From Psammoneis japonica (lineage: Eukaryota): a stretch of DNA of 64,000 nucleotides. This document shows, piece by piece, positions 61,186 through 64,000 of this stretch. The number at the start of each line of letters is the position of its first letter. Position 1 is the stretch's first letter. The notes beneath the pieces were generated by a model that saw only the letters and a program-made list of their open reading frames with translations, was not told where the DNA came from and did no database searches. The stretch covers positions 62,001 to 126,000 of the forward strand of contig QPGO01000068.1 in NCBI GenBank assembly GCA_008632985.1, in the 5' to 3' direction. The translations under genes were made by a program, and so were the position numbers.

Positions 61186-62799
61186 CTAATTTACAGAGCA
61201 CACTACACGGCAAATGTTTTGCCAGACGCAGAGCTTCTCCCCCCCCGACTTGGGGAGCAGACGCGATTTCTTCTTCCGATTCATGGCACCCGACGTCGCC
61301 TTCCTCTTCTTCTTCTTCTTCTCCGATTTGTCCAAGTTGCATCTGCAGAGAAATTCCTCCCCGGGCATGATTCGCTTCGTGACTGTCAAGCACCCGTCAT
61401 TGTAGAACTTGCAGTTGTTGTCCGCATGTTGGCTTGCCTTGATCTTCTTCTTGTCCTTGAACGACTCGGTGGCATCGTTCACGCAGTGCATTCCGAGGTA
61501 GAGTGGATGGGAATTCTTGTTCCCTGGACCGCTAAAATCAAGCGGTTTTGGCTCCACTGTGACGCAGTGGCCCTCACTGTCACGGATGGTGGAGCAGCAC
61601 ATGCTGTGGTCTTCTCCAAACTTGCTGTCGTGGTCGCACCACGAGTGGCTCCTCGTCGCACCGGGCACCCTGGGGCCCACGTAGATTCCAACCGTGCTGC
61701 CTTTCTGGAACTGGCGCAAAGCAAAAAAACCAATGCCTGCGCCCCTCCGTTGCGATGCGCGTAGCTCGCCCACCTCCACCTCCTTGGGGCCTGCGGAGCA
61801 AACGGACTTTTCGAGGTAAAACAACGCAGGTTGAAGTGACACGGCGCCTCATCCAAATGTGCACACTTCTGCACTTGCTCTCTTCACGAGGCAGACCAGT
61901 GCGAGCGACCACCCCACTTCGAAAGCCTCGACGGTGGTCTTGAACACTTTGTTGCTCTTCGGCGTCGAGTCTGGGATGCCCCTCTCGCCGACTTCCGTGC
62001 GGTGCCTCCACACCCACTTGCAGTGTTCGCCGTGAGCATTCGCGACGGCTTCAGGGTCGCTCCTGATGCACCCCAGTTCTCCCAGCGCGGGGAACCAGAG
62101 GTCGGGATCATTCGGTGCATCCTTCATCAGGCACATGGACTCCTGGAAATCATTGGATTTTTCGTGCCGCAACACCCAGTCCCACAAGTCGAATGACGGA
62201 TCGTTGGGGTCCGGAAATTGCTTTCCTTCTTCTTCCTCTTCCGCCGTTGCTTTCGCGACCACTTTGGCCGCGGGCTTGGCTGCCTCCTCGCTTTTGCCGC
62301 TGCAAAAAGGTGGGACCTCCGGTTTCACAAAGGTGGCCTGATCACCCACCAACTCGATCTTGCAACCGGCCTCAAGGAGCTGCTCGGCGGTGTGACCCAG
62401 CTGCTGTGCTTCATTCCAACCACAAATTTGAAAGGTTGGCTCCGGCGGCACGGCTTTCTCCCTCTTTTCAGTTTGGGACTGCGCCGGCTTCTCTGACATC
62501 CTTGCGCGTTCGGACTCGACGGACACACCCTCGGCACTTCCCTCGGCGCCAAGTGCAGTCATGGCAGCTGCCGCCGCGCCTTCGGCACCCGTGAGTTCTG
62601 CCATGACTTCCGGAGCTGCTGCATCCTCTGCTTTGCCAGACGCAACGATGTTGTCCTCCGCCATTCTAGCGCCGTGATGACAGAGCTGCACTGACTGCTG
62701 TGTGGTGTGCTGCTTTGTTCCAGCTGTTGGCGATCCACATCCTTCTGCGCACGCAAACGCATGACACTTTGCACCAAATTCCACGCAGCGCGTCTGCAC
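61186..62799 (-). CDS. SET-domain protein (putative lysine methyltransferase) with a long N-terminal region and one in-frame TGA at 61849-61851
   Basis: Motifs SQRRGAGIGFFALRQFQKGSTVGIYVG, LGMHCVND and NCKFYNDGCLTVTKRIMPGEEFLCRC, followed by a Lys-rich tail. ORFs 61849-62799 and 61186-61842 are in the same frame. Confidence 0.8.
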
Positions 62800-63083
62800 C
62801 TGTCTGCGTCCGTCTTCACTGCTGCGCGCACTGCGGTGCTGCAGCGCACCCTTTCAAACCTTCATCAATGTTTGTTTTTTCCTTCCTTTTCCTTTTCTCT
62901 TCTTCTTCTATCTGGCTGGGAGGAACTGCTGGATAGCCGGTGTATTCGATTAAGGGTGGTCGGTTGCTACTTTTTTAAGCTCGAATTCGGCCGAACAGCT
63001 CGCATTTTGCATGATTTTTCCTGAATTTCACCGTGCTTCACCGTGGTGAAAACAACAAGCCATGAGTCTGTGACGGAGGTGGT

Positions 63084-63158
63084 CCGTCTACCAACTCTCA
63101 TTTATTTTATGTTTGTTATGTATCAAAGATTGTATATACATGAAAAGTTGGTAGACGG
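63084..63158. repeat. 13-bp perfect inverted repeat around an AT-rich spacer
   Basis: CCGTCTACCAACT (63084-63096) and AGTTGGTAGACGG (63146-63158). Confidence 0.85.
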
Positions 63159-63664
63159 CAAACTACGTTTTTGAGAAACATCGATGATTGTCATCATCGT
63201 CGTGCTTCGGTCGCGGTGGTGATGGTTCTCGTTTTCGTGCGCGATCGGGTGTGACTATGAATAATTCTTGTATTCAAAAATAAACACTATAAAAAACCTT
63301 ATTCAAATGCAACGGTAATTTTAGGATAAACGCGGGGATGACCCCCCTTAAGCATTTTTCTATTCCGGGTTTTACTATTTTATGAGTCATCAAACTCAAA
63401 ACTTCGCTCTCCGAAAAGCTTCGCAACTCGCAACTCAAAATACCGGTACCGGTACACAATAAATAATACACAACACACGACACACAACACACAGTACACA
63501 ACACAGAACAAACAGACGCTCATCTAGTTACCGTAGCAATCCTTCCTCCTCTCTCTTTTCTTTTGTTTCTCTCTCCCCTTCCCCCCCTTCTTTTGTTATT
63601 CCGCCAATAAGACAACAAAAAATTGCCCTCGTGTTCGCGATTTGATCTGGATCTGAACGCAACC

Positions 63665-64000
63665 ATGAGCATGCACGGAAAGCAAAGGAACAGCAGCACT
63701 GTTTATGCGGCGGTGCCCACGGCTGGGTCGAATCATGACGACCATGACAACGAATTGAAGCTGGCATCTCCATCTAGCCGCGGTTTTATGCAGTCTCGAA
63801 AGCTTGTTTTCTTGGTCCGGTTGTTGATTGTTGGATTCATTTCGAGTGGCCTTTACTATCAACGTGATTCTTGGTGGCCATCACGTTATCATGGACATCC
63901 AACAAAACTGCCCGGTGGTGGTCGTGATTGGTTGATCAACGTGGTGGATGGCACCATTGTGTGCAAGCATGAAACTGATTTAGTCCTCGGCGTGGATGCA
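63665..64000 (+). CDS. 5' part of a probable type II membrane protein, running off the window
   Basis: Open from ATG 63665 to the window end: MSMHGKQ..., a hydrophobic span LVFLVRLLIVGFISSGLYY, then GGGRDWLINVVDGTIVCKHETDLVLGV (ricin-B/beta-trefoil-like). TpA and Tyr usage is normal. Confidence 0.6.
   Translation, partial: MSMHGKQRNSSTVYAAVPTAGSNHDDHDNELKLASPSSRGFMQSRKLVFLVRLLIVGFISSGLYYQRDSWWPSRYHGHPTKLPGGGRDWLINVVDGTIVCKHETDLVLGVDA

Larger units (their letters stand above)
48830..63050 (-). mobile_element. Large Helitron-type rolling-circle element with cargo genes (termini not defined)
   Basis: Contains the Rep/PIF1 gene. The whole stretch shares one composition (TpA-poor, CpG-retaining) that differs from both the flanking repeats and the host genes. 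Boundaries are inferred from composition only. Confidence 0.65.

Noticed and set aside
50053..62799. Alternative genetic code or RNA editing explaining Tyr->Cys/His
   Set aside because: TpA loss also affects non-coding DNA, both strands and Val/Leu/Ile codons, while adjacent host genes use Tyr normally.

Overview
Eukaryotic window, most likely from a diatom (short GT-AG introns, signal peptides followed by ASAF/AFAP-like plastid motifs, a VDE-like gene). Ordinary gene blocks lie at ~7.7-35.0 kb, ~45.0-46.9 kb and beyond 63.1 kb. They encode a hypothetical protein, a YghU-type GST, a HUWE1/UPL1-type HECT ligase, DHDPS, glyoxalase I, a CCR4/nocturnin-like EEP, a NAK kinase, a steroid-reductase-like protein and VDL. 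Between them are transposon blocks with a striking mutational signature. The blocks at 1-7.6 kb, 35.0-44.8 kb and 47.0-48.8 kb (non-LTR, Ty3/gypsy and copia-like relics) have lost nearly all TpA and CpG. The block at ~48.8-63.0 kb has lost most TpA but keeps CpG. That last block looks like one large Helitron-type rolling-circle element: a Rep(HUH)/PIF1 gene, a nested-hairpin tandem array, and cargo genes for a DOT1-like methyltransferase, a TET/JBP-like dioxygenase, a SET-domain protein and an unknown protein. The two main candidate discoveries are (1) this chromatin-modifier-carrying Helitron and (2) a repeat-restricted TpA->TpG/CpA hypermutation, the reverse of fungal RIP, that turns conserved Tyr into Cys/His without creating stops. 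All family calls come from reading motifs by eye, and dinucleotide trends were judged by eye; no database search or count was run.
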